Numbered from the stretch's first letter, positions 39,331 to 53,065 are shown. The stretch: DNA of 64,000 nt from Eledone cirrhosa (GCA_964016885.1 OZ024740.1:396490001-396554000), one strand, 5' to 3'. Made by a program: numbers and translations. The notes: generated from the sequence alone by a model not told the origin.

Positions 39331-40194
39331 AGGTTGGTAGCTCTGTTTGAGTATTGACCGGTCTGTGATGACACATCCAACACTTGCTAGCTGGGAAAAT
39401 AATCGTTAAAGGATGATGAAGATGTGGGTGTTACAGTTGTGGGTCAAAACATCCAATGAACATTGGATACTGTCTGATGACATCAACATTCCTTGGTCAA
39501 GGCTGTGTGATTGAATGTGAGGCATCTTCTTGAAGATATAATTATGTTCATATATATATATATATGTATGTATATACAAAAACATTAAAGTAATCAATGG
39601 ATAGCAAAGAAGTGTATCCTCCTTAACTAACTTTAACAACAAAAATCTGAGCTCACGCTTTAGAGTCACTTTCAAAAAACAATCTAAATTTTGAACAAAC
39701 CATAATAGTTAAAATAATGCAATGGTTACACTGAATTTGGAAAGAATGTGAGGTTTGAAAGTATAACATAAAATGATCAACCTTTGATAGCATTTTTATG
39801 TAGAGAACAATCTAATAGAACCAGTAGTATTTATTTGTTATATTTTTTATGAAGCATGTTGAGGATGTGAGATCTCAAGGAGTGTTGGTGAGGCCTATAC
39901 TGATGTTGAAAATAAATGATTATAAATATGACAATGATGATAAGGATGGTAGGGATAATAAAGATATGCTTACAATTTCTCACCATATATAATTGAAATT
40001 TCAATGTATCTTTATATTTTTGATTTTGGCTTGATGGTTACTTGATAATGATTGCAATCATAAAGAATGGATGGTATTCTTTTTTTCAAAGATTTACAAA
40101 GCCACCTGGCCTTTAAAGTAAAATATTTGAGACATATGCTAGAAATTCTATTCTCAAATCAATTTTTATAATTTCTTTTCATTTTAGATACAAT

Positions 40195-40235
40195 ATGGGT
40201 GAACTGAAAAAATCTCCAAAAACACCAAAAGCAAT
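40195..40235 (+). CDS. TTLL9: TTLL9 putative first coding exon (MGELKKSPKTPKA)
   Basis: Acceptor ttttag at 40182-40187, ATG at 40195 and donor gtaag at 40236. Phase 2 matches the next exon. No homology support for this exon. Confidence 0.6.
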
Positions 40236-41294
40236 GTAAGTTTTACTCAACAGTAATTATTTTATCATGCTTAATCATGCTTAATGAAGTGATGTCAATA
40301 ATTAAAGTAACAACAGATTCACATCGTAACTTGTAAGTTCAAATTCTACTCTATACTTCCACATAATTTTGTTAACGCAAAAACTAACATTCTATATATA
40401 TTTTGGATATCCATGAACTTCAGTCTAATCTGAACTCCATCTGTTAACTAATAACTCATAAACTATATATCCTATTCCTCTTCAGACACAAATTTCTAAC
40501 TTGTTATCTCTAATCTATATCTGTTGTCTAAGTTGCACTTTATGTATCGACTTTGCTGTGAAGGCTGGTGTCTACACATACATAGAATTTACTCTTTTTA
40601 GAACCTATTTCTCTCCATGACAAAGGCTTCCAGTTACTCCTTGGTTTTAAGTTTCACTTTATTCCTTTAAGTTCATCTGCTCCCTAAACTTCTCCAACCA
40701 CAAGCATCTCATTTATGTTCTTGCATCCTACCAAGTGCTCAGATGAGCAGGCAGCCTATGACTTGTTTACACATGGTCCTGAAACAGGTTAGCGTGTAAA
40801 TGTTTAATATAATTTGTTTTAGGTTAATGTTTGATGGGCAGTGGAAATTTTGGAAGGAAGTATTTCTAAAGGTGGATGTTTAGGTATAGTCTTCATTATT
40901 GGGACCAAGGAAAGGTGGTTGGTTTCATTAACAGGTAATCAACCAGTTTGTTATTATCATTAATTATCCTCAAGTCAACTCTGATCAAGCAAACCTATAA
41001 TCAAAGCATTCCAGCTGTGGTCAGTATTTTTCATGAGTGTGTCCATCATCTCATATATTCTGTCCTTATTTAATGGAGCTTTTTTCCCTATTTCTAGCAT
41101 GTACAGGTTCTTATGTTGGTTCATTTATTGTAGTAGTTATAGGAGAGAAACAGTGTGAATCTTGACAATGTATCAGTTGTCTATCAATAAAAAAGGAAGT
41201 TCTGTTGTTAACAATATTTATAGAATGTTATATTTACTGTGAGATCTATACAAACACCTATTATTCCATTTTTCTTATACTGCTCTCATTACAG

Positions 41295-41381
41295 GGAACG
41301 TCTGATACGCTTCAAGTGTAGCATCCAGAACACTGTCTTTGATGTATTGCAAGCTCGAGCAGGATGGCAAGAAGTGGTAAG
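41295..41381 (+). CDS. TTLL9: TTLL9 exon (ERLIRFKCSIQNTVFDVLQARAGWQEVV)
   Basis: Resembles vertebrate TTLL9 IRFK...DVL..RPGW.EV as recalled. AG/GT boundaries with consistent phase. Confidence 0.88.
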
Positions 41382-41653
41382 GTATGCTAAGAGCTTTTAC
41401 AAGTTTTATCTTCTAACAAGAAAACATGAGTTATTTCCCTTAGACACATCCACGCACGCGCACGCGCGCACACATACACACACACACAAAATCATTACTA
41501 AGTGTATTTTCTCGAACGTTTTTTTCTTTTGAAAATAAACTACTTTATAGTGTATTTGTAGAAAACAATATGACAGAAAATTTGTTCTTCCATTATTGTA
41601 CATCAGGTTGTCGGCCCTTGTGGCCAATAAATGAAATCATTATTGTACATAAG

Positions 41654-42060
41654 GGCGGTGGATTGGCAGTATCGGTAGAGGGTTGAACGCCATGCTTTCT
41701 AGCATAGTTACGTCCCTTTACGGTCTGAGTTCAAATCCCGCCAAGGTTAACTTTGCCTTTCATCCTTACGGGGTCGATAAAATAAAGCACCAGTAATGTA
41801 CTTGCTGGCCTTGTGCCTAAAGTAGAAACAATTATTGTACATCAGGGCGGTCGATTGGCAGTATCGGTAGAGTTGGGCACCATGCTTTGCAGCATAGAGT
41901 TACAGTCCTTTATGATCTGAGTTCGAATTCCGCTGAGGTTAACTTTGCCTTTCATCCTTAAGGGGTCGATAAAATAAAGTACCAGTCATGCACTGGGATC
42001 GATTTAATCGACTTTCCCCTCCCCCCAAATTGCTGGCCTTGTGCCTATATAAGAAACCAG
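41654..42060 (+). mobile_element. Two tandem tRNA-SINE family 1 copies
   Basis: A/B boxes and the central domain appear twice. Confidence 0.88.
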
Positions 42061-42109
42061 TACTGTACATCAGTAATGTATATATATGCAAAAGGTAAAC
42101 AGAAATAAT

Positions 42110-42353
42110 AAAGCTAATGGACTGGGGTCCCTATCATTCCACTGCAAAATGGTCGTGGAGGTGCTACGGCAAAAAAGCACTCAGCCCACACTGTAAAGTG
42201 GACGTGGAAGTGCCACGGAAAAAAAGCACCCAGCACTCACTGTAAATGAGGTTGGTGTTAGGAAGGGCATCCAGCTGTAGAAATCAAGCCAGAATCAGTT
42301 CCCGTCCCACCCTTACAAGCAGGGAAAAGCGGACGTAAAATGATGATGATGAT
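42110..42353 (+). mobile_element. SINE family 2 3' half (RTE-A-type tail)
   Basis: Matches 57115-57305. Confidence 0.8.
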
Positions 42354-42534
42354 AAATGACACAGTACAATGAAAAAATGAATTAATTTAACGCTTGATAT
42401 AGCAGGAAAAAAGTTTTAACATTTCGGACACTAGTCCACTGTCAGAGAGTGAGAAGAGGAAAGAACAGAAACAAATTTCTTGAGAAAAATACGTGTATAT
42501 TCAGTCAGCCATTTTTGAGAAATATATATATGAA

Positions 42535-43200
42535 GTGCGCTAGCAGCCAAAGTGTACAATAAAGTTACATCTGTATATATATAGAGTGGGTAACCGAGAC
42601 TGCACTAACGTAAATATAAATGTACACATTTTTAATATGTAGGCATGCAAACATGCCAGAAAATATGAATTTCCCTGGAAACTGAAAAAAGAAAAAATGA
42701 TAAACACCTTTAATCGATTTTCGGACCTATTTGGGTCTCCACCCAAAGGTATATCATTTAAAAAACCCAAGGAACCATGTATTTGATGCGTATATAAACC
42801 CATTCGCTCTTAGTAGTATTTTGAAATGGGTGCACTCATTTTCATATAATTAGCGCTCATGTTGGTACTTAAGATATATATTAAGAAGTATGCTAGCAGC
42901 CAAAGTGTGCACTAAAGTTAAATCTGTATATCTGTATACATACAGAGTAGATAACTGTATACACACAGAGTAGGTAACTGTATACGTACAGAGTAGGCAA
43001 CTGAGGCTGCACCAATGTGTGTATAAATATACACATTTTTAATATGTAGGCATGGAAATACGCCAGGAAATATGAATTTCCCTGTAAATTGAAAAAAATG
43101 ATAAATACTTTTAATCGATTTTCGGACCTAGTTGAGTCTTCGTCAAAAGGTGTGTATATCATCCATTTGCTCTTAGTAGTATTCTGAAATGGACGTACTA
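42535..43200 (-). repeat. Two ~350-bp tandem units, each with a decayed hammerhead (42706-42750, 43107-43151)
   Basis: Minus strand: acctt-TTGACGA-agac...gtcc-GAAA-ATCGAT-TA-aaagt. The other unit has a more degraded core. Confidence 0.7.
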
Positions 43201-43658
43201 ATTTGCCACGAGTTTAGAAAAGTCAGCTAAAGATTGGAATTTTTCAGTTATTGTTGTATTTGTCACGTTTTCCAGTGTTTTTTTTACTCATTTCTATACT
43301 GTCCTGTTTGTTCATGTTATGTCCCATTTTCCACTCATTTCATTACATTTGATTTATCACACATTCCAATGCAACACAGTATTCTCCCATCTCTGACTTT
43401 TGGTTTGCCATACCCACACAAAGTCGTATTCCTCACTGATTAATGTATGTGTGCACTCTAACCAGTTGGGTTTGGATTTTAATATAATAATGAAATTATT
43501 GTCTACAAACTTAATTGATTGAGTGAGGAAACGACCGAAGCTGTGTCCTTTCTAAGTTATATATATATATATATATACACATACACATACACACTCACAC
43601 ACATATATAATTTCACAATTCAATGTGTAGAGTTTTACATAATCTTGGATATTTACAG

Positions 43659-43770
43659 TGAAGAAGAATGGGATTTTTTTTGGTGTGATCGAGAAATGCC
43701 AAAAGAAAACTCTGCAGGATTATATCTGCATGATCACCAGAGGATGCTTCATTTCAGAAATCATCATGAG
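43659..43770 (+). CDS. TTLL9: TTLL9 exon (EEEWDFFWCDRE...HFRNHHE)
   Basis: WDF.WCD and HFRNH.E motifs, tttacag/gtaaga boundaries. Confidence 0.93.
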
Positions 43771-44675
43771 GTAAGAAACCACCATGTTGTAAGAACCTCC
43801 ACATGGTTAGAAAATATCACATGAAGTCTCATTGCACTCTTTCAACATGAAATAGTAACTTGATACACTTTTATCCTATTAGATGACAATATACAATCCA
43901 TGCTAATGGAAAAACTTTAGAAACATTTATCATTATGTTATACATAATTCCCTTGAAAAAAAACCATGTCAAGCCAAGTACCAAGTATTTGATAGGTTAT
44001 GAGGTACATTTTCTTATTCCAAAAACTGTCCCAGAAATGAACCTGCATTTTATAAACAAAAAGGCAGGGTTTAGGTTACTGGTAAGTGGCTGTTCATGTG
44101 TTACAGTGCTCTGTAAAATAACTTACAAATATTTTTCTTATAAAGCTGCTTTGCAGAGTTAGTATTTTCTAAGGTAACAGTGCATATTAAATTGTGCATA
44201 TTAAAGTGCATATTAAATTGTTTTGGAAAGATCACTTTAATAAATATATCAATAAGTAACAATTGTTTCATGAAACCAATCTAAATTCCCAAATATTTTA
44301 GGATTTAACTGAAACAAACAGAAGTGGAGATTTTAGTTAGAAATATTTTAATGAAAGGGTTAAAGTTGTTTTAATGGAAAATAGTGAAATTGCATAATGG
44401 CTTGAATATATCAGAAAGACAAGATGGAGTAGATAAAACAAAATCAAAATGAAGAGGAGATATATAGGGGCTAAAATAGTCAGTGAGAATGTCACAGAAT
44501 GCATGACAAAAGAGCTTCAACAATTAAATAACCATTTGGTTACTAAAACTAATCAAGGAGTGGATTAGTTACTTGACTAAGACCATAGTGAATCTCAGCT
44601 GGTCCATTTATTTTTATTTGCAGCATGACACTCCTCACCGCACACATGCATAAACCTTTTTCTTATCATTTTCAG

Positions 44676-44761
44676 CTTACAAGAAAAAATCTGATGGTAA
44701 AAAATCTAAAGCGTCTAAAGAGGCAAGCCGAGAGGGATTATGGAAAAGCTGAAGGGCAATC
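44676..44761 (+). CDS. TTLL9: TTLL9 exon (LTRKNLMVKNLKRLKRQAERDYGKAEGQ)
   Basis: LTRKN.MVKNLKR motif, ttcag/gtaagt boundaries. Confidence 0.94.
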
Positions 44762-44844
44762 GTAAGTTGTTCTGGAATTGTAATAAATATGGGAAAATGG
44801 ACGTTAAACAACGATGACAATCATGATGGAGGATAGATAGATAT

Positions 44845-45215
44845 GTTTCTTTATTAGCCACAGGGGCACAAAAGAAGGGGACAAATACAAAGGAGGAAGT
44901 TTACATACAATAAAAACGCGTAAAATGCTATCACAAATGTAATTTAAAAATTAATCGATTTTCCTCAATAGGGGGAGACATTTCATATGGGTAACACCCC
45001 CCCGAAAAAATGTGCAACCCTCATCTCCAGGAGTACGAAGAGTTTGTACCCCTTTCCTCTCTTCCTCTTTTTCCTCGACCTACAGGCTGATATAGAGAGA
45101 AGGCCCATTCACTCGGGCCATTCTCGCCACTTTCACCCACCTTTCATAAAACTTGCTGGGGTACAGCACCTCTCTCTCCATCCTGATTCTTCTTCCAAAG
45201 TGGTATTTGAAAGAT
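44845..45215 (-). mobile_element. Probable non-LTR retrotransposon 3' end (L1/Tx1-like)
   Basis: Minus strand ends tgtgcccctgtggctaataaagaaa. A similar terminus occurs near 41610-41637. Clade call is tentative. Confidence 0.4.
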
Positions 45216-45345
45216 AGATATATATATGTGAGTCCTGGCTTCAATCGGGGGTAATCACAGTAAGTAAGATACTCAATACATTAGTAGAGTGTCTATATAT
45301 ATACATATATACATACATTCATACATATACATCATATATATATAT

Positions 45346-45565
45346 GAGAAGACCCCCCTTCGGTCACAAATGACCATGGTATTTGCACCTAGAAAGTTTC
45401 CCCGCGAGGCGCAAGTCCGAGCAAGGTTGTTTGTTGAAGACCAGCAGTCACCCATGCATACCAGCCTCCCCTCTTCACACCACCGGGAAAGGCTATGGCC
45501 GATACAGCTTGGCATTAGTGACGTTGCAACTCATTTCTACAGCTGAGTAAACTAGAGCAATGTGG
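45346..45565 (-). mobile_element. SINE fragment sharing the central domain of family 2
   Basis: ctcatttctacagctgagtaaact.gagcaatgtg is shared with 50261-50296. Confidence 0.65.
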
Positions 45566-46157
45566 TTTTACATATTTAAGGCGATACCCCCAGCATGGTT
45601 ACTGTCGAATGACTGAAACCAGTATAAAAGAATAATAAATACAAATATGGTTGAGTTCCACATAGGTAATATAATGAGTTGAAAAACTTTGATCAATTGA
45701 GATTATCTAAGCAATTGGGAAACAAACATTCCCTCTAGAAGTATTTAAAATATGATTGTTGATCAAAATTTTGGACTGTATAGACAACATAGATTGGAGT
45801 TAAGCTGGTTTTTAAAGCCAGCTGGAGGAAACAACAGATAGAAATATTTCTATCTTATTTAGCCTTCTAAATGAAACATGTTCTAATCAGTTCATAAGAC
45901 TAAGAATAATCAGTGTATACAGAAAAAGAAGGAATGCAGTGATGATTATTATGAATATCAACAATATGGCTGTGTTTCAGGCAAGCATTCTACATACAAA
46001 TAAGATTGAAACAGATTCATTGCTTTCATCAGTTTTCTTTAAAGCCTGTTCATGTTCCCCCTCTTCCTCTCACTCCCCTCAAACTAATATAATCATAATT
46101 TCAACCATTATCACATTGGAGATTTTGAACTAATTAGAAAATGTTTATATTTTTCAG

Positions 46158-46191
46158 TTATGACTTTTTTCCAACATCCTTTGAATTACCT
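46158..46191 (+). CDS. TTLL9: TTLL9 34-nt exon (YDFFPTSFELP)
   Basis: DFFP..F.LP motif, ttttcag/gtaagt boundaries and consistent phases. Confidence 0.9.
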
Positions 46192-47854
46192 GTAAGTATG
46201 AAACACATTCCTACTATTCTTTCATTATTGTTATCATAAAAAAAAAAGAAAATCATCATTGTTGTTTTTTGTTGCAAACAGGCACATTTCACAGGACTCC
46301 ACTTAAAAATGATTTCTTCTAGAATTACTTGATAGTAAAACGTGTTTATTGATTCTTTTTACTAACAAAGAATTTTGAAATATTTAAATGTACACCTCAT
46401 TACATGGAGTGGAAGAGGATATTCATATTTTGACATTTTATTGTGTGCATATATGGCTACCTTATACATTTTTGCAAACACACAAAGTGCTGGTGCCTTG
46501 ATAAATATGCACCCAGCCCACTGTGTAAAGTGGTGGTGTTGGTGCCATGATGAAAAACTCTAAGTTAGTAGTGCTGGAGTTATGATAAAATATTCCTATG
46601 TTGTAAAGCGATTGGCATTAGGAAGGCCATCCAGCCAAAAAAAACAAGTAAAAAATGGTGTGTATGAGCAAGATGTATTAATCACAACTATAAGCACAAA
46701 TAATTACATATTGAAAAAGCATAGAAAACCCCCCCCCCAAAAAAACAGGCGGAAATGTAAACTTAAATAACAATGATAAAAGAATCACCACCAATAACAC
46801 CAGTTCATTTTTTGCTAGTTTTGCCAACCAAAAAGAGTTGTTAGGTAAGCTCCAGATAAAAGAAAAATGGGGAAAAGCTATGTCACAAAAATACTTCTTA
46901 AAGAATTTACACAAATAACAGTAAGGAGAAAGTAACATAATTGTGTATTTAAAAAAAAAACGGTGTAAGTTTTCACATGTCCTTGAAAGAAGAGTTGGAG
47001 GGAAGACTGGCAAATGTGACAAGATGTATGTTCCGTTGACAGAGGCAAAACATCTAGAATTTCGGGCCTATTATTTAAGACTGAAGATGAGTCAAGAAGG
47101 TAGACAAGTCTCAATTGCTACATGTCTGCTCACAGGGTCACATATTATACATGGGTAAGAAAAACAGAAAGGTCACAGCCAGAGACGGTAGTGCTGATGT
47201 GGACTCTTTACATGTAGTCACCATTGCAGCATAGCACAAGGTGATTGTGAGCATTGTGGTCGGTGGTGTGGGTTGTCTGCATGGGCATCCATATCCTGAG
47301 GACTCCCTAAAGACAACAAAGCAATGCCAGAGTTATTGTTACCAACCTTATATATATATGACTAAAATATCTGATTGATTAGCTTTGATCTTCCTGTTGG
47401 TGTATATTGACATATCTCAGAGTATGGGTGATTTGTCTTTCTCTTACACCTTTTCTGGTGTATGCCTATACCACCTCATTTCTGTTGGCATTTCAAAATG
47501 ATAATAAGATAATGAAAATTATTGTGCACAGTACTCAGGTGCACTGCAACTCATCAAATGTGTATGTACAGTACATAGAACAATGTGCAAATGTCAGGAA
47601 AGTCATGGGAGCTGTGTTGTATAACTCCCAAGTGTATGAAATCCCAACTCTGTTGTGTCTGAATATATTCTGCCTTAGTTAGGACTGGGCAGCCAGAACC
47701 AGTATGGTTAATTGTTTCTTCCACATTTCCAACAGTTGTATTCTGCTTCAGTATGTGCTGGTTTCTGGTGTGGCAGTGATCTTATGCTGCAATATATAAT
47801 CATTTAGCTGAAGTTTTCAATACAGTTGCTTTCTTATTATCCTCCCTCCCCCTT

Positions 47855-47931
47855 ACTACTACTACTACTACTACCACCACCACCACTGCTACTACTGCTG
47901 CTACTACTACTACTACTACCACCACTGCTGA

Positions 47932-48013
<82 letters not shown>
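47855..48013. repeat. (CTA)n trinucleotide microsatellite
   Basis: Seen directly, about 60 nt upstream of an acceptor site. Confidence 0.95.
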
Positions 48014-48014
<1 letters not shown>

Positions 48015-48072
48015 TTTAACTATGTCAATATAATTCTATTGTTGTCAATCTTTGATCACTGGTTTCATTTAG

Positions 48073-48207
48073 GCTGAATATCATATTTTTGTTGAAGAGT
48101 TCAAGAAAAACCCAGGACTTGTATGGATTATGAAACCTGCTGCAAAATCACAAGGAAAAGGTATTTTCCTTTTCAGAAAATTAAAAGATATAATTGATTG
48201 GAAAAAG
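48073..48207 (+). CDS. TTLL9: TTLL9 exon ([45 protein letters not shown])
   Basis: TTL-domain WIMKP...QGKGIFLF motif. Confidence 0.96.
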
Positions 48208-50065
48208 GTATTTATGTGTTTATTTGCCTATCTGTATATCATTATAATTTTGATAATGTTTATTGATATTGAATAACATTGATATTGAATAACATTGGTA
48301 ATTTATTACTCTGTTAAACTTACTGACATAGAGTTAGCTGTAGGCCTGAGTAAGTAGAGAGTTTAACTGATCATTTATGAACAGCTCATAGGCTTTGCAT
48401 CCTAAAAATATTATACTTTAGTGTAACTGGAGCCATGCTGTATCATATGTGAATAGCTTATAGGCTTTGCATCCTGAAAATGCTGTATCTAGATCCATGC
48501 TGTGCTCTGCTATACAATGTAGGATGTAGTCTGGTTGTTGGAGCATGTGAGGCTTTCTTTGTTATCAGTTTTTTTTATACTTCTATGGGTGGTCACATTA
48601 TAGAGGGAGAATTGATTTAGCAAAGGTGCTCCATGTAGGTGTAGGTTTTCTCTCAAACATGTCTTAAACATTTGAGTCATATGCTTTAAAAAAAATTTAT
48701 TTTTAGACAACATAAAAGAAAGGCTATAACCATAGCCAAAAATCCAGATTGAACATTCCGAGAATATGCAAATTTAATAGTCCTGATATACTAGTTTAAT
48801 ATATTTAAAACATATATAGCCTTCTTGTAGAAGACACTTGGGGAATGTTCCCAGATTCTTAGCAGAGGGAACATTTTAAGGTTCTCAATCCACAGTAAAA
48901 GAATATTTTAAATGTATGTCTATAATTGGTGGTGGATTGCAGAATCAAGAGAACATTGTATAAAATACCTTTATGTGCCAAATTCAAGTCACCTTTAATT
49001 TTTATCCTTCTGAAATCAATAAAATAAGGTTGATGTTATCAAATGTACCTTTGAAGGCAATAGTTCAATGACTAAAGCCTATAAAATAAAGAAAATATTT
49101 CAGTATAACAAATCACATTTTAGCGAATTAAAGAGATGAAAGAGACTAAATTAGCTCCACAAGAAGTATTCAAGGTATTCAGGGTGTGCAATGCACACCA
49201 TGATTGTTATAGAATAATGGTTTAATAAATTGATTAATTGTTAGTAAATCTATAATTTATTAAAATGAGATAATCATTGCATGTATCTATTCCCACCCCC
49301 CTCTCTCAGTAACACATAAATTAAGCAATAACTATAATCTGATAAAGTTTGATAAACAATTTAATTAGACCCGCACCATATTATTTTTGAGTATCTAATT
49401 TAAAAAGAAGGAAATTTGTGGCAATGCTGTCACCTAGCAGCAGATGAATACATGGTTTGTGTTCCACCTGTTGTTTTTTCTGCCTCAAATTGGTTCTTAT
49501 AATGTCTAGTATTGATACAAGGTCTCAAATTTGGGAAATGGGTACAGATTTAGGCACAAACTCAACAAGCCACAGCTTTAAATATTTCTTTTAGTCAAGG
49601 AGGGAAGAGCAGTTACTATGACCCGTCTCAGACTTTTCAAGACTAGTGGGTAGGAAGGAAGGGAAAAGGTATCTTCAAATAGGAAATCTAGTCTGAATGC
49701 TTGCAACAGAGTGAACTCTACTAAAGGTTCTCAATGGTGAGGTAATGGTGTTAAACTGGGCAATGAATTAAGTCTAGCACTCAAGTAGGTCACAATGGGA
49801 TTTGAATTCAAAATTCCAAAAAGCACCTAACAATTCCATCAATCCACTACTCTGGACAGGTACTATTTTTTATCGATCCCAAAAGTAACTCAGAGCACAG
49901 GAAAACTGGAACAGATATGCTTTAGTGACTCTACCAATTCTCTACATTTAGTTTAGGGATTTAAAATCTGCAGAAGCTTCAGAAAATATTTAAAGACAGT
50001 CCGAAAGTAGAAGAAAATCATCGAAGACTTGAAAGTTGTTAACTAATCATTGTTTTATTCAGTAT

Positions 50066-50392
50066 TCATCATCATTATCATTTTTACGTCCGGTTTTCCC
50101 TGCTTGCAAGGGTGAGACGGGAACTGATTCTGGCTTAATTTCTATAGCTGGATGCCCTTCCTAACGCCAACCTCATTTACAGTGAGTGCTGGGTGCTTTT
50201 TTGCCGTGGCACCTCCACGACCACTTTGCAGTGGAATGATAGGGGCCCCAGTCCTATCATCTCATTTCTACAGCTGAGTAAACTGGAGCAATGTGTCTTG
50301 CTCAAGGAAGCAACACATCACCCGGTGTGAGAATTGAACTCACAGCCTTTGGATTGCAAGGGCCAATGCTCTAACCACTAAGCCATGTGCCT
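50066..50392 (-). mobile_element. SINE family 2
   Basis: Reverse complement of 56980-57305. Confidence 0.88.
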
Positions 50393-50415
50393 TATTTATT
50401 AATATTATTGTTGTA

Positions 50416-51410
50416 GGGCGGTGGATTGGCAGTATCGGTAGAGGGTCGGACGCCATGCTTTCCAGCATAGTTACGTCCCTTTACGATCTGAGTTCAAATC
50501 CCGCCGAGGTTGACTTTGCCTTTCATCCTTATGGGGTCGATAAAATAAAGTACCAGTAATGCACTGGGTAATTGCTGGCCTTGTGCATAAAGTAGAAACA
50601 ATTATTGTTGTGGTTGTCATCTTATCAACAGCAGCACCATCACTGCTTCCACTGTCACTGTTGTTATTGGATTTAGAGTGGTGGATTGGCAGAATTAGTT
50701 GTGAGTTCAAATCCTGCCAAGGTCAACTTTGCCTTTCATCCTCTCAGGATTGATAAAATAAAGTACCAGTTGCATACATGAGTTGATATAAATTAGGTAT
50801 CATTCGAGGTTAACTTTGCCTTTCATCCTTACGGGGTCGATAAAATAAAGTACCAGTAATGCACTGGGTAATTGCTGGCCTTGTGCCAAAAGTAGAAACA
50901 ATTATTATTATTGACGCATAGAGTTACGGCCCTTGCCATTTTGAGTTCAAATCCTGCCAAGGTTAACTTTGCCTTTCATCCTCACGGGGTCGATGTAATA
51001 AAGTACCAGTAATGCACTGGGTAATTGCTGGCCTTGTGCCAAAAGTAGAAACAATTATTATTGAAATGTTCAAATCCCGCCAGGGTTAACTTTGCGTTTC
51101 ATCCTTATGGGGTCGATAAAATAAAGTACCAGTAATACACTGCGTAATTGCTGGCCTTGTGCCAAAAGTAGAAACAATTATTACTATTGAAATGGCAGAC
51201 TCATTAGCGCATTTGCCACAATGCTTTGCAGTATTTAGTTATTGCCCATCATGTTCTAAATTCAAATCCTGTCAAAATCAGTTTTGCCTTTCATCCTTCC
51301 GAGGGCCAATAAAATAAGTATCAGTCAAATACTAGGGTTGATATAATTCACTATACTCCTCCCCTTCCAAAGTTTCTGGCTTTGTGTTTATGTTAGAAAC
51401 AGCTATTGTT
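50416..51410 (+). mobile_element. Head-to-tail cluster of ~6 tRNA-SINE family 1 copies
   Basis: The central domain gcctttcatcc...gataaa...agtaccag recurs near 50515, 50730, 50815, 50970, 51090 and 51285. Confidence 0.9.
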
Positions 51411-51466
51411 ATTATTTTTATTTTTATTGTTGTTGTTATCATTTGTCTTTATTACTTTGAACCTAG

Positions 51467-51598
51467 AGTGAAACTCAGACAAATAATGATAGTATAAAGG
51501 AAGTTCCAGAAACATATGTTGTCCAAAGATACATTGCAAATCCTTACTTAATTGGAGGCAAGAAATTTGATGTGAGAGTATATGTGCTTGTAACGTCA
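51467..51598 (+). CDS. TTLL9: TTLL9 exon (SETQ...[30 protein letters not shown])
   Basis: QRYI.NP.LI.G.KFD.R.YVLV TTL motif. Confidence 0.96.
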
Positions 51599-52235
51599 GT
51601 AAGTAATTTTAATATTGCTCTATATCAAATTGTGTGATCTTGTTACATTAATGGTTTTATTAAAATAGTAATTGTATATTACCAGACATTGTAATATCTG
51701 TAATTAAATTAATTTTATTACTGTGTATTCAATCAAAATCCATAGGCTCTTTCCTTAAATCTTTCTTGACCATCATCTAACCTCAAGTTTTCTACCATAT
51801 GTTCATTCCTTGATGTTACTTAGCCACCTCCTTCATGGTTTTCTTATACCTCTTTTACATGGGATTTGTCCATGCATGACAGTATTCGCTAGAGGTAGGT
51901 CATCATGGTGTCATGTTACATAACCATACCTCTTCATTTTCCAACTTTTGACAATTGATAGAAGAGTTTCATGATTCAACATCCCAACAATTTCTTGCTA
52001 ACATTCTTGTTAGTTTGATGATGATGATGATAATTGTTTCTTTTATTTGAAGCAAAGCTGCAAAGTTGTAAGAAAGGATATAGTTGATTGAATTGCCTAA
52101 AAATTTATGTCATTTTTTTTTTGAAATTTATTTATATTTTCTAAAACATTTATTTATTTGTATTTTCTAAAATATTATATAATATAAATGCTACCACTTT
52201 AAACACTTGGTGATAAAAAGATAAATTATATTGCT

Positions 52236-52484
52236 GAAGCATGGAACAAACTACCTGCATCAGTTGTTAGCTGTCGAGACACTGCATCCTTTAAGGCCTC
52301 CATGCTTCCCGAGATCCGCCAACACTACAGCTAATGTTCCCCCTCCATACACATACACACATGTATACCATGACTCATACACTATTCACTTCCCTGACAT
52401 TTGTGTATTATTCTATGTACTATACATACACCTTTGACGAGTTGTAGTGCACCTGAGCACTTTACACAATAATTTCATTATTAT
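52236..52484 (+). mobile_element. CR1-clade LINE 3' end
   Basis: EAWNKLPASVV....ASFK C-terminal motif, short UTR and (ATT)n tail. Confidence 0.7.
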
Positions 52485-52509
52485 AACTTTGATTTTTTTA
52501 AATTTCTAG

Positions 52510-52597
52510 ATTGCACCTTTAAAAATCTGGATTTACAGGAATGGATTTGCTCGATTCTCTAACACACGATATTCTTTAGATGCCATAAGTGATAGCT
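52510..52597 (+). CDS. TTLL9: TTLL9 exon (IAPLKIWIYRNGFARFSNTRYSLDAISDS)
   Basis: PL..W.YR.GFARFSNTR motif, ending at a U12 donor. Confidence 0.94.
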
Positions 52598-52684
52598 GTA
52601 TCCTTTCACTGAGAAAATTTATTATTCTTTTTAATTTTGATTTTTGTTTATTTATATTTCTTCATAAAAAAAAAATGGTTTTTA

Positions 52685-53065
52685 AATAATTGTTTCTACT
52701 TTTGGCACAAGGCCAGCAATTATCCTAGTACATTACTGGTACTTTATTTTATCGACCCCGTAAGGATGAAAGGTAAAGCTAACCTTGGCAGGATTTGAAC
52801 TCAGAACATAAAGGGCCATAACTGTATGCTGCAAAGCATGGTGTCTGACGCTCTACCGATTCTGCCAATCCACCTGGTTTCTAAATAATTGTTTCTACTT
52901 TTGGCACTAGGCCAGCAATTACCCAGTGCATTACTAGTACTTTATTTTATCGACCCCGTAAGGATGAAAGGCAAAGTTAACCTTGGCGGGATTTGAACTC
53001 AAAATGGAAAGGGCCGTAACTCTATGCGTCAAAGCATGGCATCCGACCCTCTACCGATACTGCCA
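52685..53065 (-). mobile_element. Two tandem tRNA-SINE family 1 copies
   Basis: Reverse complement of the 50416-50610 consensus, twice. Confidence 0.9.

Noticed and set aside
40738-40793. gct-CAGATGA...GAAA-caggtt-agc hammerhead-like motif
   Set aside because: Core mutated and stem II ambiguous. Possibly a relic but not supportable.
47826-48077. Poly-Leu ORF resembling a membrane protein
   Set aside because: (CTA)n microsatellite inside an intron.
50416-50505. tRNA gene (A/B boxes)
   Set aside because: SINE head with no cloverleaf, continuing into the SINE body.
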